This document shows, in pieces, positions 19,395-29,747 of a stretch of 64,000 bases of DNA; position 1 is the stretch's first letter; each line of letters starts with the position of its first letter. Made by a program: the position numbers and the translations under genes. Origin of the DNA: an uncultured Dehalococcoidia bacterium (lineage in GTDB: Bacteria; Chloroflexota; Dehalococcoidia; Lucifugimonadales; UBA3495); assembly GCA_950072105.1 (NCBI GenBank), contig CATMOE010000009.1:14443-78442 (forward strand), written 5' to 3'. The notes under the pieces are model-generated. The model saw only the letters and a list, made by a program, of their open reading frames with translations, was not told where the DNA came from and did not search any database.

Positions 19395-20189
19395 ATGGAT
19401 CTGGGGTTAAAGGAACGCGTCGCCATAATCGGCGGCTCCAGCAGGGGCATTGGCCGAGCGATCGCCATGACGTTTGCTCACGAGGGCGCCAGTGTTACCA
19501 TCTCGGCCCGCACCGAAGCCGACCTGCGCCGTACCGAGATTGAGTTGGCCCGCATCGGGTCTCAGCACCATGTTCTGGCCATTCCCGCCGATCTATCGTC
19601 GGCCCGGGATATTCGCCGGGTAGTTCGGGACACGATGAACCGCTTCGGCCAGATCGGAATTCTGGTCAACCACGTCTGGCACGGCATGCCCGGCCGTCCT
19701 TCAGAATTCAACGATGAATCGATAACGGCCGCTTTTGAGCAAAACTTCCTGGGCGCGGTCCGCCTAACCCGGGAGGTGATTCCGTTCATGAAGCAGCAAC
19801 GGTGGGGACGCATCATTCATTTGCTGCCCCTCCAGGTGAAGCAGCCGGGCAAGGGGTCCGCATTATCCGCTTCCAGTCAGCTCGCTTTGGTAGGCTACAC
19901 CAAGATGCTCGCCACGGAGCTTGCTCCGTTCAATATCACGGTTAATAACGTGATCTCGGGACCGGTGCAGACCGATTTTCTAACCTCAACATTCGAATCC
20001 ACGGCAGAAGAGCAACGCCGCACCAGCGATGAACTGATCCAGGAAGCTGTTGAAGCGATACCCATCGGCCGCCTGGGTAAACCCGAAGAGTTGGGCGACT
20101 TGATCGCCTTCCTAGCATCCGACCGCGCCGGATTTATAACCGGCACCAGCGTCGTGATAGACGGTGGGATGCTGCAGACCGTTACCTAA
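19395..20189 (+). CDS. Atypical SDR family oxidoreductase (3-oxoacyl-ACP-reductase-like)
   Basis: MDLGLK..GGSSRGIG, IPIGRLGKPEE, FITG..IDGG; lacks YxxxK. Confidence 0.88.
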   Translation: MDLGLKERVAIIGGSSRGIGRAIAMTFAHEGASVTISARTEADLRRTEIELARIGSQHHVLAIPADLSSARDIRRVVRDTMNRFGQIGILVNHVWHGMPGRPSEFNDESITAAFEQNFLGAVRLTREVIPFMKQQRWGRIIHLLPLQVKQPGKGSALSASSQLALVGYTKMLATELAPFNITVNNVISGPVQTDFLTSTFESTAEEQRRTSDELIQEAVEAIPIGRLGKPEELGDLIAFLASDRAGFITGTSVVIDGGMLQTVT

Positions 20190-20464
20190 CGGCCAAACGT
20201 AAACTGAACCGGAGTCACGGCCCGTCCGCCGGCCTCCGGACCTCCAACCCGTCACGGGGAAACCGGCTGTCCAAAGAATAGACCAAGTCCGCCTTCGCAC
20301 TACGATACGCCGCCCACACTAAAGCATCGGATAGAGAGACTTGACCCGAAGGCCGGCACATCAGCAAGGCTTGTCACAAGAGCCTCCCAACCTCGGTTGC
20401 CCCCAGGGCGATTTGCCGATAAACTGGGGACAATCAACGAACGAGCGCAAATGGGGGTTGATCC

Positions 20465-21628
20465 GTGCAGTTTTCTCTAGCTTATGAAATGCAAAGGCCC
20501 ACCCTTGACGACCACGCCGTCATCGAGGAAACCATCGAGCAGTGCATCCTGGCCGACGAGATGGGCTTCGACGCCGTATGGTTCGTAGAGCATCACTTCC
20601 TCACGACCTTCTCTTCGTCGCCTTGTCCTGAAGTGATCTTCGGTGCGCTTAGCCGGCTTACCAAGAACATCCGCCTGGGTTTTGGCGTCGTGATATTGCC
20701 CTACCACCACCCCATACGGGTAGCCGAGCGGGTGGCGATGGTGGACCAGCTTTCTCATGGGAGAGTCGACTTCGGCACCGGGCGTTCCGCACCCTACGAA
20801 CAGACGGGAATGGGAATCGACCCCCGGTTCACCCGGGAAATGTGGGAAGAGTCGTTGAACATGATTCCCAAGATCTGGGAATCGGAGACATTTGAGTGGG
20901 AAGGGAAATTCTGGAACGTCCCACCCAGGGAGGTCCTTCCCAAGCCCTACCAAAAGCCCCACCCGCCCATATGGGTCGCGGCGCTCCAACCGGCCACTTA
21001 CCAGTTGGCCGCTGAAAAGGGCATCGGCGTCATGGCCTTGGGAGTCGCCGCGCCTTCGATCCTCGAACCCCATATCAAAGCCTACCGGGAGACCATCAAA
21101 AACGCCCAGCCGGTGGGAGCATTCGTCAACAACCAGTGGCTCAGCTCCTGCTTCGGCCTTTGCGGCGAAGATAATAAAGCTACCAGAGAGTTATGCACCC
21201 AGTCGCTCAAGACTTTCTTCGGGCCGGGACGCCCCTACGTCCAAGACCAGAAGGACGTTTACAGCAAACTGCTAGAGCAGTGGGGCGGGGTGCCGGACCA
21301 TTTGACCCAAAACTTCTCGCGTTACGTGGAAGTCCAGGGAGTGGATGGAGGCAACGGAAGCAACGGAAGCGCGGTTGACCTGTCCGGAGGCAGCGCCCTG
21401 GCCCAAAAGATCTGGGAGGAGTTCGACGCCGACACCTTGGCCGAGCGTGGCGTCATCATCGCGGGCGACCCGGAGAGTTGCATCGAAGCCGTCAAGCTAC
21501 ACGAGGCCACCGGCGTGGATCAGATCCAGTTCCTCATGGCCACCGAAACCGTGGGCCATAAAGAAGTGATGAAATCCATAGAGATGTTCGGCAAACACGT
21601 GATTCCAGCGTTCAAGAAGACTGCTTAG
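20465..21628 (+). CDS. LLM-class flavin-dependent oxidoreductase
   Basis: GFDAVWFVEHH, HPIRVAERVAMVD.LS.GR, PKPYQKPHPP. Confidence 0.92.
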   Translation: MQFSLAYEMQRPTLDDHAVIEETIEQCILADEMGFDAVWFVEHHFLTTFSSSPCPEVIFGALSRLTKNIRLGFGVVILPYHHPIRVAERVAMVDQLSHGRVDFGTGRSAPYEQTGMGIDPRFTREMWEESLNMIPKIWESETFEWEGKFWNVPPREVLPKPYQKPHPPIWVAALQPATYQLAAEKGIGVMALGVAAPSILEPHIKAYRETIKNAQPVGAFVNNQWLSSCFGLCGEDNKATRELCTQSLKTFFGPGRPYVQDQKDVYSKLLEQWGGVPDHLTQNFSRYVEVQGVDGGNGSNGSAVDLSGGSALAQKIWEEFDADTLAERGVIIAGDPESCIEAVKLHEATGVDQIQFLMATETVGHKEVMKSIEMFGKHVIPAFKKTA

Positions 21629-21653
21629 GGGGCGTGGTAAGCCGCTCTTCCCT

Positions 21654-22736
21654 CTACTTCAGGTCGGCAACCAGTGGGCCGACCTCATTCATCAGTAACT
21701 CCAGGCACTCGTGCTCCCACTCGGGGTCTTCCGGGTCCTGGGTGATGGCCAGCAGGCTGCCGAAGCCGCCGACTTCTTCATAAAGTTTGCGGATGCGGTC
21801 GGCGCATTCTTGAGGGTCGCCCACTATCCAGATGTTCTCCATCATGTAGTCCACATCCACGGCTTCGTCGGACATGTTGGGGTCAATCTTGCAGGCGCCC
21901 AGCGCCCCCGAGCCTTTCCGGTTGGGTAGCTGGTGCTCGATGTAGTTCCGGCCCAGCACCTCATGGGCCCGCTCCCTTGCCTCTTGGGTGGTCTTGGCCA
22001 CCAGCACGTCGCGGCCGATACGCCATTCCCGCCGGTCGGGCTCCCGGCCGGACTCGGCCGCGCCCTCTTCCACCACTTCCCAGTGACCTCGAAGGTGTTG
22101 TGGCGCCAAGTTGGAACTGCTCATGGGGATCCAGCCCTTCTCCCCGGCAACTTTGATGGAGCCTGAGGCCAGCGACGTGGCGGCGACCCCGATGGGCGGA
22201 TGGGGAAGCTGGTAGGGCTTCATGTACAGTCCTCTACCCAAGACCGGGTCCAATTCGGGAGCCTCGATATCGAAATACTTGCCGTGATAGCTAAATTTCC
22301 CCTCAGACTCCCAGATCTTCAGGATAATGTCCAAGACTTCTGCGGAGCGCTCCCGCACTTCGGCGCCCTTGGTTGGGTCCAGCCCAAATAGCTGCAAGTC
22401 GGTGGGGATCGCCCGGGCGCCGATGCCCCAGTAGAACCGGCCGCGAGCCAGGTGGTCCAGCATGGCGATGCGGTGGGCCAGCTCCACCGGGTTGTGGATC
22501 GAAAGCAGGGTTACTCCGGTGCCGAAGATTATGTTCTCGGTCATCGCCAGCGCCTTGGCGATGAGCAGGTCCGGCGCCGGGGCGTTCTCCCAACGCTCCG
22601 TTATGTGCTCCCCGATCCAGACCTCATGGTAGCCCAACCCATCAGCAGTGACGATCAGGTCCAGGTCCCGGTCATAAGAGTCGGCGTAGCTACGATGGGG
22701 CGGATGTAGCGGCATCATGAACAGTCCGAAATTCAT
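21654..22736 (-). CDS. LLM-class flavin-dependent monooxygenase (limonene monooxygenase-like)
   Basis: MNFGLFMMPLHP, EVWIGEH, AMLDHLARGR, KPYQLPHPP; AGGAG RBS before ATG 22736. Confidence 0.9.
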   Translation of the reverse strand: MNFGLFMMPLHPPHRSYADSYDRDLDLIVTADGLGYHEVWIGEHITERWENAPAPDLLIAKALAMTENIIFGTGVTLLSIHNPVELAHRIAMLDHLARGRFYWGIGARAIPTDLQLFGLDPTKGAEVRERSAEVLDIILKIWESEGKFSYHGKYFDIEAPELDPVLGRGLYMKPYQLPHPPIGVAATSLASGSIKVAGEKGWIPMSSSNLAPQHLRGHWEVVEEGAAESGREPDRREWRIGRDVLVAKTTQEARERAHEVLGRNYIEHQLPNRKGSGALGACKIDPNMSDEAVDVDYMMENIWIVGDPQECADRIRKLYEEVGGFGSLLAITQDPEDPEWEHECLELLMNEVGPLVADLK

Positions 22737-23200
22737 GGTTTTCTCCTGGCCTTGATTCTTGTTGGCCTGTTGAGGTAGACCTTTGGTAGGGGTAAGGCAC
22801 GATAACATCGATATTATACTAATTTTGGCAGTTGACGATAAACCGATTCTTGAATCGTATGGAAATCCAGGGCTTTCACCGGGCAGGTATTTGCCGCTTG
22901 GTACGACGGCCATTCGTACCCGTACCACCAAATCCTACTTAACACCGACCTTAATATCTCCCCTTTTGGGCAAGACCTTGCCGGCAACCTCTACATTATT
23001 TCAGGGAAACCAGGCGGTGATGAGGTGAATAGTTTACACTCCTTCTACCGCTTGACTTTGACCCCAAGAGAACAGGGAACCACGCCGCATAATACCCAAG
23101 ATCGCTTCGATTATGGTCGTCGGAAGGAGGACCTTTCCGGATATAACAAGGGCGAACGATACTGGATGAGACAGGTTGGGCAATATATACTGATGCGGCA

Positions 23201-23935
23201 TTGGACACATCAACCTTTCGCGGTGCGCTCTTGACCTCAGATTTCAGATCATTCAGTCCCATTGAACTGGTACGCAGGCGATGTTCCGGCGTAGCAAGGG
23301 ATTGGCTTGACCGAATGGTTTCCCGAATCGAATCGCCTTTGGACCGTAACATCTTTGGGGCGGCCTATGCGGGAGCCCGCCGCCGTCTCGGTGGTGAACC
23401 GGTAGTCTTGGACGCGGAGGAACAGGCCGCCCTGAAAGGTACAGGGCTGCTTTCTCTAAGTGGGCATTCTCTCGACGAAGTTTGCCGCATCGCCCTGCTA
23501 GTGCGGACTTCGGAGTGTCTGCCGCCCGAGGATTATTCGTCCTTCATAAGTGAGTTGTATATCCGGGGCGACAACTTCGAACGGCAGGCCCTGCTCAGAG
23601 GACTGACCTATTTGCCGGACCCGGAACAGTTTCTCTCCACCGCCATCGAAGCTTGCCGCACCAGTGTCCAACTCATCTTTGAAGCCATCGCCTGCGACAA
23701 CCCTTACCCGTTCCGTTACTTCCCGGAGTTGAACTACAACCAGATGGTCCTCAAAGCCCTCTTTATCGGCTCTCCATTGGCGAGATTAGTAGGACTTGAG
23801 GAGCGAATCACCCCTGAACTCGTCCGCATGGCGGAAGACTACGCCACCGAGCGGCAGGCTGCCGGCCGGCCGGTGCCGGAAGATATCCCACTGTTTATCA
23901 CTAATGATTTGGGAGCTAGGAATGAAGCTTTTTGA
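23201..23935 (+). CDS. eboA: EboA domain-containing protein
   Basis: GD..ERQALLRGL..L, A.EACRT, FEAIACDNPYP, NQMVLKALF, ER.AAGR.VP; start uncertain. Confidence 0.82.
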   Translation: MDTSTFRGALLTSDFRSFSPIELVRRRCSGVARDWLDRMVSRIESPLDRNIFGAAYAGARRRLGGEPVVLDAEEQAALKGTGLLSLSGHSLDEVCRIALLVRTSECLPPEDYSSFISELYIRGDNFERQALLRGLTYLPDPEQFLSTAIEACRTSVQLIFEAIACDNPYPFRYFPELNYNQMVLKALFIGSPLARLVGLEERITPELVRMAEDYATERQAAGRPVPEDIPLFITNDLGARNEAF

Positions 23936-24794
23936 CCCTCACATACATATGACGTCGCGGCCTACATCCGACTACCAGGCAATGGCCGACGCAGGTATCT
24001 CTGCTATCGTTGAGCCGTCCTTCTGGTTGGGCCAGCCCCGGACTCATGTTGGTACCTTTGAAGACTATTTCCTTTCCCTCCTGGGTTGGGAGCGTTTTCG
24101 GGCCAGCCAGTTTGGCATATCCCACTTCTGCACCCTGTCGATCAACCCCAAGGAGGCTAACAGTCCTTCGATAGCGCAGGGTGTGTTGGACCTGTTGCCG
24201 CGATACCTGGAAAAGGACGGCGTGGTCGCGGTCGGCGAGATCGGCTTCGACGATCAGACTGATGCCGAAGAGCACCTATTTGCCGAACCGTTAAAGCTGG
24301 CGATGGAGTTCGAACTGCCAGTGCTCATTCACACCCCACATCGAGATAAGAAACGGGGCACGGCGCGGAGCCTGGAATTAGTTAGAAGGGTTGGGTTTCC
24401 TGAACAACGAGTCCTCATAGACCATAATAACGAAGAGACACTGCCTATGGTCCTGGAAACCAACTGTTGGGCGGGGCACTCCATTTACCCTGACACCAAG
24501 ATGGACGAACTTCGAATGGTGGCGCTGATTCAGACGTATGGCAGTGACCGGATCATCATTAACAGCGCCGCCGACTGGGGAGTCAGCGATCCATTTAAAG
24601 TGCCCAAAACCGTCGAGGCTATGTATGAGGCCGGGCTCGATGAGAAGACTATCCAGACGGTGGTCTGGGACAACCCGGTAGCGTTCTTCGGCCAGAGCGA
24701 ACGCCTGGATCTGGATAGAGATCCCATCGACCAAAGCCAGCTATGGGAGGGCAATTCCGTCCTGCGCGGCCAAGAGCCTGTTGTCGAGTCGTAG
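23922..24794 (+). CDS. eboB: TatD-family hydrolase (EboB-like)
   Basis: DPHIHM.SR..DY, EP.FWLGQPRT, NPKEAN, GEIG, IHTPHRDKK, IDHNNE, NSAADWG.SDP; overlaps the eboA stop. Confidence 0.85.
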   Translation: MKLFDPHIHMTSRPTSDYQAMADAGISAIVEPSFWLGQPRTHVGTFEDYFLSLLGWERFRASQFGISHFCTLSINPKEANSPSIAQGVLDLLPRYLEKDGVVAVGEIGFDDQTDAEEHLFAEPLKLAMEFELPVLIHTPHRDKKRGTARSLELVRRVGFPEQRVLIDHNNEETLPMVLETNCWAGHSIYPDTKMDELRMVALIQTYGSDRIIINSAADWGVSDPFKVPKTVEAMYEAGLDEKTIQTVVWDNPVAFFGQSERLDLDRDPIDQSQLWEGNSVLRGQEPVVES

Positions 24795-24962
24795 GATCAG
24801 CGAACGCGACGCACCGTTGTCTTCGACGTGGTTCGAATTAAATCGACGCAGAATCCACCGGTTGCCTAGTCATGAATTCCCCCTACCGTGGCAAATCGAC
24901 AGGCCTAGCGGCCTATGCTAGACTGACTCAAATCGGTCAAACAATAGACGAGGTTTCTACGC

Positions 24963-25883
24963 ATGAAAAAGGTAGTCAGCGAAATCAGCGGGGTGGTGTT
25001 CAGCCTGCCTTGGCTGGTGGCCAAAGACAACGGTCTGTTCGAGGCCGAGGGCATCGACATGGAGTTCGTTAAGGCCATCAGGACCGGCCCGGTGGAGCAC
25101 ACCGAGAACCCGGAAGACGTTAATCCCATTCTGGGGCACGTCGCCTTCGAACAGGGACAGGTGTCCATCTACCGCGCTTGAGAAGAGGGTCAGGTCCGTC
25201 GGGCCTATGAAAGCAAACAAGGGGCCAGGATAATCGCATTGCGTTCCGCGGTGGCCAGCCAGGCCATCATGGTGCCCCCAGACTCGCCCCACAACTACCC
25301 GGGCACCTTGGGGAACCAACCCGTCGCGGTAAATTTCCACGCCGGGTCCCACTACGTTGGATTGCGATTGCTGGAAGGTTACCTGCCGGTGGAGAAGATT
25401 AAACTGGTGCACTACGGGTCGCCGATCCATCGCTTCGAGTCCATGCTCAACGGAGAAGTCGCGGCGGCGGTGGTGATGGAGCCCTGGATCGCCCTGGGAG
25501 AGAAACTGGGTTGCAAGACCGTGGCCGAGGGTCACTACCTGGGCGCGGAGAACGCCAGCGAAGACATGGACGAAGAGACCTTCGCTGCGATCAACCGGGC
25601 GGTGGAGAACGCCGTAGACCTGATCAACGCGGACAAGCGAAAGTACCTGCACTACCTCATCGACGACCCCAGCTTCGCCCAGGCTGCCGCTAAATACGGC
25701 GGGTTGACACCCGAAGACTTCCACCTGCCCCGCCTGCGGTACACCAGGCCGGCCGTGTATACGGACGAGATGGTGGAGGACACGTACAATTGGCTGACAC
25801 GTTGGGGATTGCTCAGCGATCTGGCTTGCTCCGCCGACCTGGTGGACAACCGTATCGCCGAGCCGGCGTCCGCCGACGACTGA
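24963..25883 (+). CDS. Periplasmic-binding-fold (NMT1/THI5/SsuA-like) protein with in-frame TGA at codon 73, putative selenoprotein
   Basis: ORFs 24963-25181 and 25239-25883 are in one frame interrupted only by TGA 25179-25181 (IYRA*EEGQVRR). LPWLVAKDNGLFEAEGID and AVNFHAGSHY..EPW fit a PBP2 fold. A SECIS-like hairpin follows. Confidence 0.75.
25192..25206 (+). promoter_or_regulatory. Putative bacterial SECIS element
   Basis: Stem AGGUCC/GGGCCU with G-U-C apical loop; the stem starts 11 nt and the loop 17 nt after the UGA. Confidence 0.55.
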
Positions 25884-25891
25884 GAGTCTGG

Positions 25892-25927
25892 CCCTCACAC
25901 CCATCCCCTCTCCCTGCGGGAGAGGGG
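25892..25927. repeat. REP-like element CCCTCAC..CCCCTCTCCC-n-GGGAGAGGGG (copy 1)
   Basis: Palindromic element; degenerate second copy at 47795-47829. Confidence 0.6.
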
Positions 25928-26094
25928 TGCCGCCAATAAGATCCGTTAACGGATGAGGGATCACCTGAACCCGGCGAGCCTTCATTGACCCCGGCCAGGA
26001 AGCGAGTACAGGCCGGGAATATTTTTTTTGCTCCAAACCTCGACCTAGCCCCAAGAGACACCCTTGTATGCGGTAGAATAATCCCATCTAGATC

Positions 26095-26949
26095 GTGGCG
26101 AGGTTAGGCATGGCTCTGCCGTTTCGAAAGCGTCCCGGTGTCGCTGTCGTGGAGATTCACGGAGTTATCGGCAATCAGATTAGAACACCCGTTTACGAGC
26201 GGTTGTTCGACGGTATCGCCCAGAGCAAACGCTACCGGGCTTTGCTGTTGGATATCGATTCTCCGGGAGGCTCGGCTTCCGGATCGGAAGTCCTACACCA
26301 CAGCTTGTTAAAGGTGGCCGAGACCAAGCCCATCGTGGCCTATGTGAGGGGTATCGGAGCGTCGGGCGCCTATTACCTGTGTTCCGCCGCCAGCCGGGTG
26401 GTCGCCCTGCCCAGCGCCATGGTCGGTTCCATCGGCGTCATCTACCTGCGCCCAATCCTGGAACAACTGCTGGGCAAGGTAGGCGTGGAGTTTTCGGTGT
26501 TTAAAGAGGGCCGCCTTAAGGACATGACCGGATTCTGGCGCAGTCCGACATCGGAAGAAGAAGGGAAGTTCCAAGGACTCCTTACCGAGATATACGACAA
26601 TTTCGTGGCGGTGGTGGCGGAGGGCAGATCGTTGGAGGAATCGGCGGTCCGGGAACTGGCCACTGGCGAGATATTTACCGCTACCCAAGGCAAGGAACTC
26701 GGCTTGGTGGACGATTTCGGTGGGTTCGCCGAGGCCCTGGAAACAGCGGCCCAGTTGGGCAACGCCCGTCCTAGGCCACTCTGGGTGCGCCCGAGGCGGC
26801 CTCTATCCGCTAGACTGTTCGGCCGGATGGGCGCCCAACAACCGGGCATCTCTCTGCTAGCCAACCAGTTCCAACGCCTGATGGGTGGGGGCTTTTACTA
26901 CCTAGAACCGTCCTACCTGATGGGCGATTACCTGGGAGAATCGGATTAG
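26095..26949 (+). CDS. sppA: Signal peptide peptidase SppA (S49)
   Basis: IDSPGGS, GASGAYYL, GSIGV, G.LKD, LGLVD. Confidence 0.92.
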   Translation: MARLGMALPFRKRPGVAVVEIHGVIGNQIRTPVYERLFDGIAQSKRYRALLLDIDSPGGSASGSEVLHHSLLKVAETKPIVAYVRGIGASGAYYLCSAASRVVALPSAMVGSIGVIYLRPILEQLLGKVGVEFSVFKEGRLKDMTGFWRSPTSEEEGKFQGLLTEIYDNFVAVVAEGRSLEESAVRELATGEIFTATQGKELGLVDDFGGFAEALETAAQLGNARPRPLWVRPRRPLSARLFGRMGAQQPGISLLANQFQRLMGGGFYYLEPSYLMGDYLGESD

Positions 26950-27042
26950 ATCCGTCGTTGCAGCGATGCAACATGGCGAAATACGGGGGGATTCCAATAA
27001 AGGGACGTTCGGTCTGAGGTAGAAATCAGATCCTATGAGGAG

Positions 27043-27264
27043 CTATGCATAGCTCCTCGTTTCCAGATAGTCCTCGTCCTGTTCGTCGGGCACTGGCAAG
27101 CTAACTTGTGTGCGCAACCGGGAGATCCACCGGCCCGTAGCCGATGATACAACCCCGCCAATAATCAGCGGTAGACGCCAGACCCATCCCAAGATTAACA
27201 GGAAAGAAACCGCGATCAGCATGAGAATAATTATTCCGCCCAATTGCCAGTCATGTGAAACCAT
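27043..27264 (-). CDS. Small membrane protein
   Basis: Hydrophobic N-terminal TM segment; GGGAG RBS. Confidence 0.55.
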   Translation of the reverse strand: MVSHDWQLGGIIILMLIAVSFLLILGWVWRLPLIIGGVVSSATGRWISRLRTQVSLPVPDEQDEDYLETRSYA

Positions 27265-27574
27265 ACTTACTCCCAGGGTCTTAGGCTCAGAGAATACAAC
27301 GATAGCTGCTCTTTATGGAACCATTCGACCATAAAATAGAGACCAAAGCATGTAGGCTGGCACCTAAGTCATTGGGGCGGAAACGAAACCCGGGGGTCGG
27401 GGGTTAAGTTTGGAAGTATCGAGGACATCTGGCGGCGAGCACATCCGAAAACACCAACCAGATACAGAACAGAAGATGGAGTGACGACAATGGCGGCGGC
27501 GGCGGCTCAGTCACGCAGTGACGTAAGCCGGATTTTGATGAGTTTGGACTGCTGAAAACGGCGAACATCGCCCT

Positions 27575-28378
27575 CTAACCGCCCTCCAATCCCTTGGCTT
27601 CTTGCCACAACGACTCTTTCTCCATCAAAGGCAGGCCGTTGAAGTCCTGGCCGCGTTGGTCCGCCAGTTCCTCCATCTGAAGATATCGGCCCTGGAAGCG
27701 CCGGTTGGCCTGGCGCAGAGCATCCTCGGCGTGGATGTTCATCCACCGGGACAGGTTGACCATGGTGAACATCAGATCGCCCAACTCATGCGCCTTCTCT
27801 TCCTCGATGACCGCCCGGCGCAGCTCTTCCACCTCTTCAGCCACCTTGTCCAGCACCCCGGAGATGTCTTCCCACTCGAAGCCGGCCCGGCCCACCCGGT
27901 CCTGCATCAACTGGGCGTAGGTCAGAGCGGGAAGCTCACCGGGGATGCCTTCCACCGGCGACCTTCGTCCGCCTTCCTGAGCTCGCTCAGCCGCCTTTAG
28001 TTGTTCCCAGTTGGCCTCGACCTCCTTAGCATCGGAGGCCGACCCGTCGCTGAACACGTGGGGATGGCGGCGTATCAACTTCTCGTTTATATGGGTCAAC
28101 ACGTCGGTCAGAGAGAACTCCCCCGCTTCACTTGCGATCACGGAGTGAAATGCCACCTGCAGCAATAGGTCTCCCAACTCTTCCGACAGACCCTTTGGGT
28201 CGCCTTGGTCGATGGCTTCCAAAACCTCGTAACACTCTTCCAGCAGCGTCCGCTTCAGGGACTCATGGGTTTGCTCCCGGTCCCAGGGACAGCCCCCCGG
28301 CGCATGGAGCGTTTCCACGATGTCCATAAACGTTTGGAAGCTGCCCAGGTCGCCTTGAGGAATCCGTTTGTTGCTCAT
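27575..28378 (-). CDS. mazG: Nucleoside triphosphate pyrophosphohydrolase MazG
   Basis: GCPWDREQT, EECYE, EELGDLLLQV, KLIRRHPHVF, second ELGDL domain. Confidence 0.95.
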   Translation of the reverse strand: MSNKRIPQGDLGSFQTFMDIVETLHAPGGCPWDREQTHESLKRTLLEECYEVLEAIDQGDPKGLSEELGDLLLQVAFHSVIASEAGEFSLTDVLTHINEKLIRRHPHVFSDGSASDAKEVEANWEQLKAAERAQEGGRRSPVEGIPGELPALTYAQLMQDRVGRAGFEWEDISGVLDKVAEEVEELRRAVIEEEKAHELGDLMFTMVNLSRWMNIHAEDALRQANRRFQGRYLQMEELADQRGQDFNGLPLMEKESLWQEAKGLEGG

Positions 28379-28456
28379 GGACGAATTATAGGCGTGGGCG
28401 GCGTTGCTTCACAAGGCAACGGGTGATACCTTTAGGATCACCGATCAGGAGCTAGA

Positions 28457-29167
28457 ATGAACCGGGTAGCCTGGGTCCCAGCCTTTCTTTTCGCCATAGC
28501 CATGCCCCTGTTTCTGGTCACCGCCAGCGTAGCCTGGGCATTTAACGACCCCGGCGTCTACAGCCGGGGTTTCGAGAAGTACCGCATCTCCCTAACCACG
28601 GGCATCACCGAGGAGGATCTGCGCCACGTAGCCGGACAGATCAGGCACTACTTTAACTCCACAGATGAGCCTCTGCTGGTGAAAACCCAGGTCTACGGGG
28701 AGGAACGGGAGCTTTTCAACCCGCGGGAGGTCCAGCACATGCGCGACGTAAAGCGGCTGGTGTGGTGGGTCTACGCCGCCGCCGCCGTGTCGTGCATCTA
28801 CTTGCTGTCGGCTACGTCCTGGGGATTCATCGTAAATGGTCGAGGATTCCTCGGGTTGCTCGCCCAAAGGGTTATCCGGGGGGTGGCTCTGATGGGAATC
28901 TTGGTGGTTGTCGCAGGGATCTTCGCCTCGGCCGGGTTCGACACACTATTCTTGAAATTTCACCAGTTGGCTTTCGCCAACGACCTCTGGCAACTGGACC
29001 CGCGCCGGGATTACCTGGTCATCATATTCCCTCAGGGGTTTTGGTTAGACGCCACCATGAGAGTCGTTGCTTTGACAGTGGCCGGAGCAGTGGCGCTAAC
29101 GCTGGCTTCCGGGGGGTACTTACTATGGAGCCGCCGCGCGGGGAAAGGAAGCGTGGAAGTAGTCTGA
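28457..29167 (+). CDS. TIGR01906/DUF1461 family membrane protein
   Basis: E..HM.DVK.L, F..FH..AF.NDLW.LDP..DYL..IFPQGF. Confidence 0.85.
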   Translation: MNRVAWVPAFLFAIAMPLFLVTASVAWAFNDPGVYSRGFEKYRISLTTGITEEDLRHVAGQIRHYFNSTDEPLLVKTQVYGEERELFNPREVQHMRDVKRLVWWVYAAAAVSCIYLLSATSWGFIVNGRGFLGLLAQRVIRGVALMGILVVVAGIFASAGFDTLFLKFHQLAFANDLWQLDPRRDYLVIIFPQGFWLDATMRVVALTVAGAVALTLASGGYLLWSRRAGKGSVEVV

Positions 29168-29269
29168 TAGGCGATTGCCAGAGGAGAAAGGCGCGCCGCC
29201 CCAGGTAGGAATCATCGTCGGGGCGGCGACTTTAAAGATCGGTGATTTTAGGTGATACCAGATTCCCGG

Positions 29270-29497
29270 TTAATGACCGCAGCCGCAACCACCGCCGCAG
29301 CATCCCCCACCGCCCATCGGCGGTAGTGGGCTGAATCCGGTGTCGCCGGACTCGCTCCCCGAAACAGCGGCGAAAACGGAGATGATCCGCTTGGCTGGCT
29401 GTTCGCAGTTGGGGCAGTCGGCGCCGACAGAACTCATGGACTGTAATTTGTCGAACTTGTTGTTACAGGTCGGGCAGTGGTATTCGTATAACGGCAT
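29270..29497 (-). CDS. FmdB family zinc-ribbon protein
   Basis: MPLYEYHCPTC..F..CPNC, Cys/Gly-rich tail GGCCGGGCGC. Confidence 0.88.
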   Translation of the reverse strand: MPLYEYHCPTCNNKFDKLQSMSSVGADCPNCEQPAKRIISVFAAVSGSESGDTGFSPLPPMGGGGCCGGGCGCGH

Positions 29498-29747
29498 ACC
29501 GGGACCTTCCTTGATTAGAGTTGCCAAATCGAGTTCGGTAGCCTAAATTTACCCGACATGGACCAATATCGTCAAGTAAAGGGTCCGTGCCATCGTGATT
29601 TATATTGACGCTCGGCCTTCCCGCCAAGACCGGGATTCAAGAATCGTTCGCAACATCACAATCCCGGACACTCGCGTACACAACTTGCGGAACTTTGAAA
29701 GTCGTTTCCGGATAGACGTCCTGTTTCTCCCGGCCTATCCTATCTTC

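Noticed and set aside
22996..23352. ORFs 23025-23234 (+) and 22996-23352 (-) upstream of eboA
   Set aside because: No RBS, recognisable motifs or clear coding bias; cannot be supported.
24957..26087. 376-aa minus-strand ORF spanning the TGA-containing gene
   Set aside because: Antisense shadow of a GC3-rich gene; no recognisable motifs, while the + strand has RBS, promoter-like sequence and PBP2 motifs.
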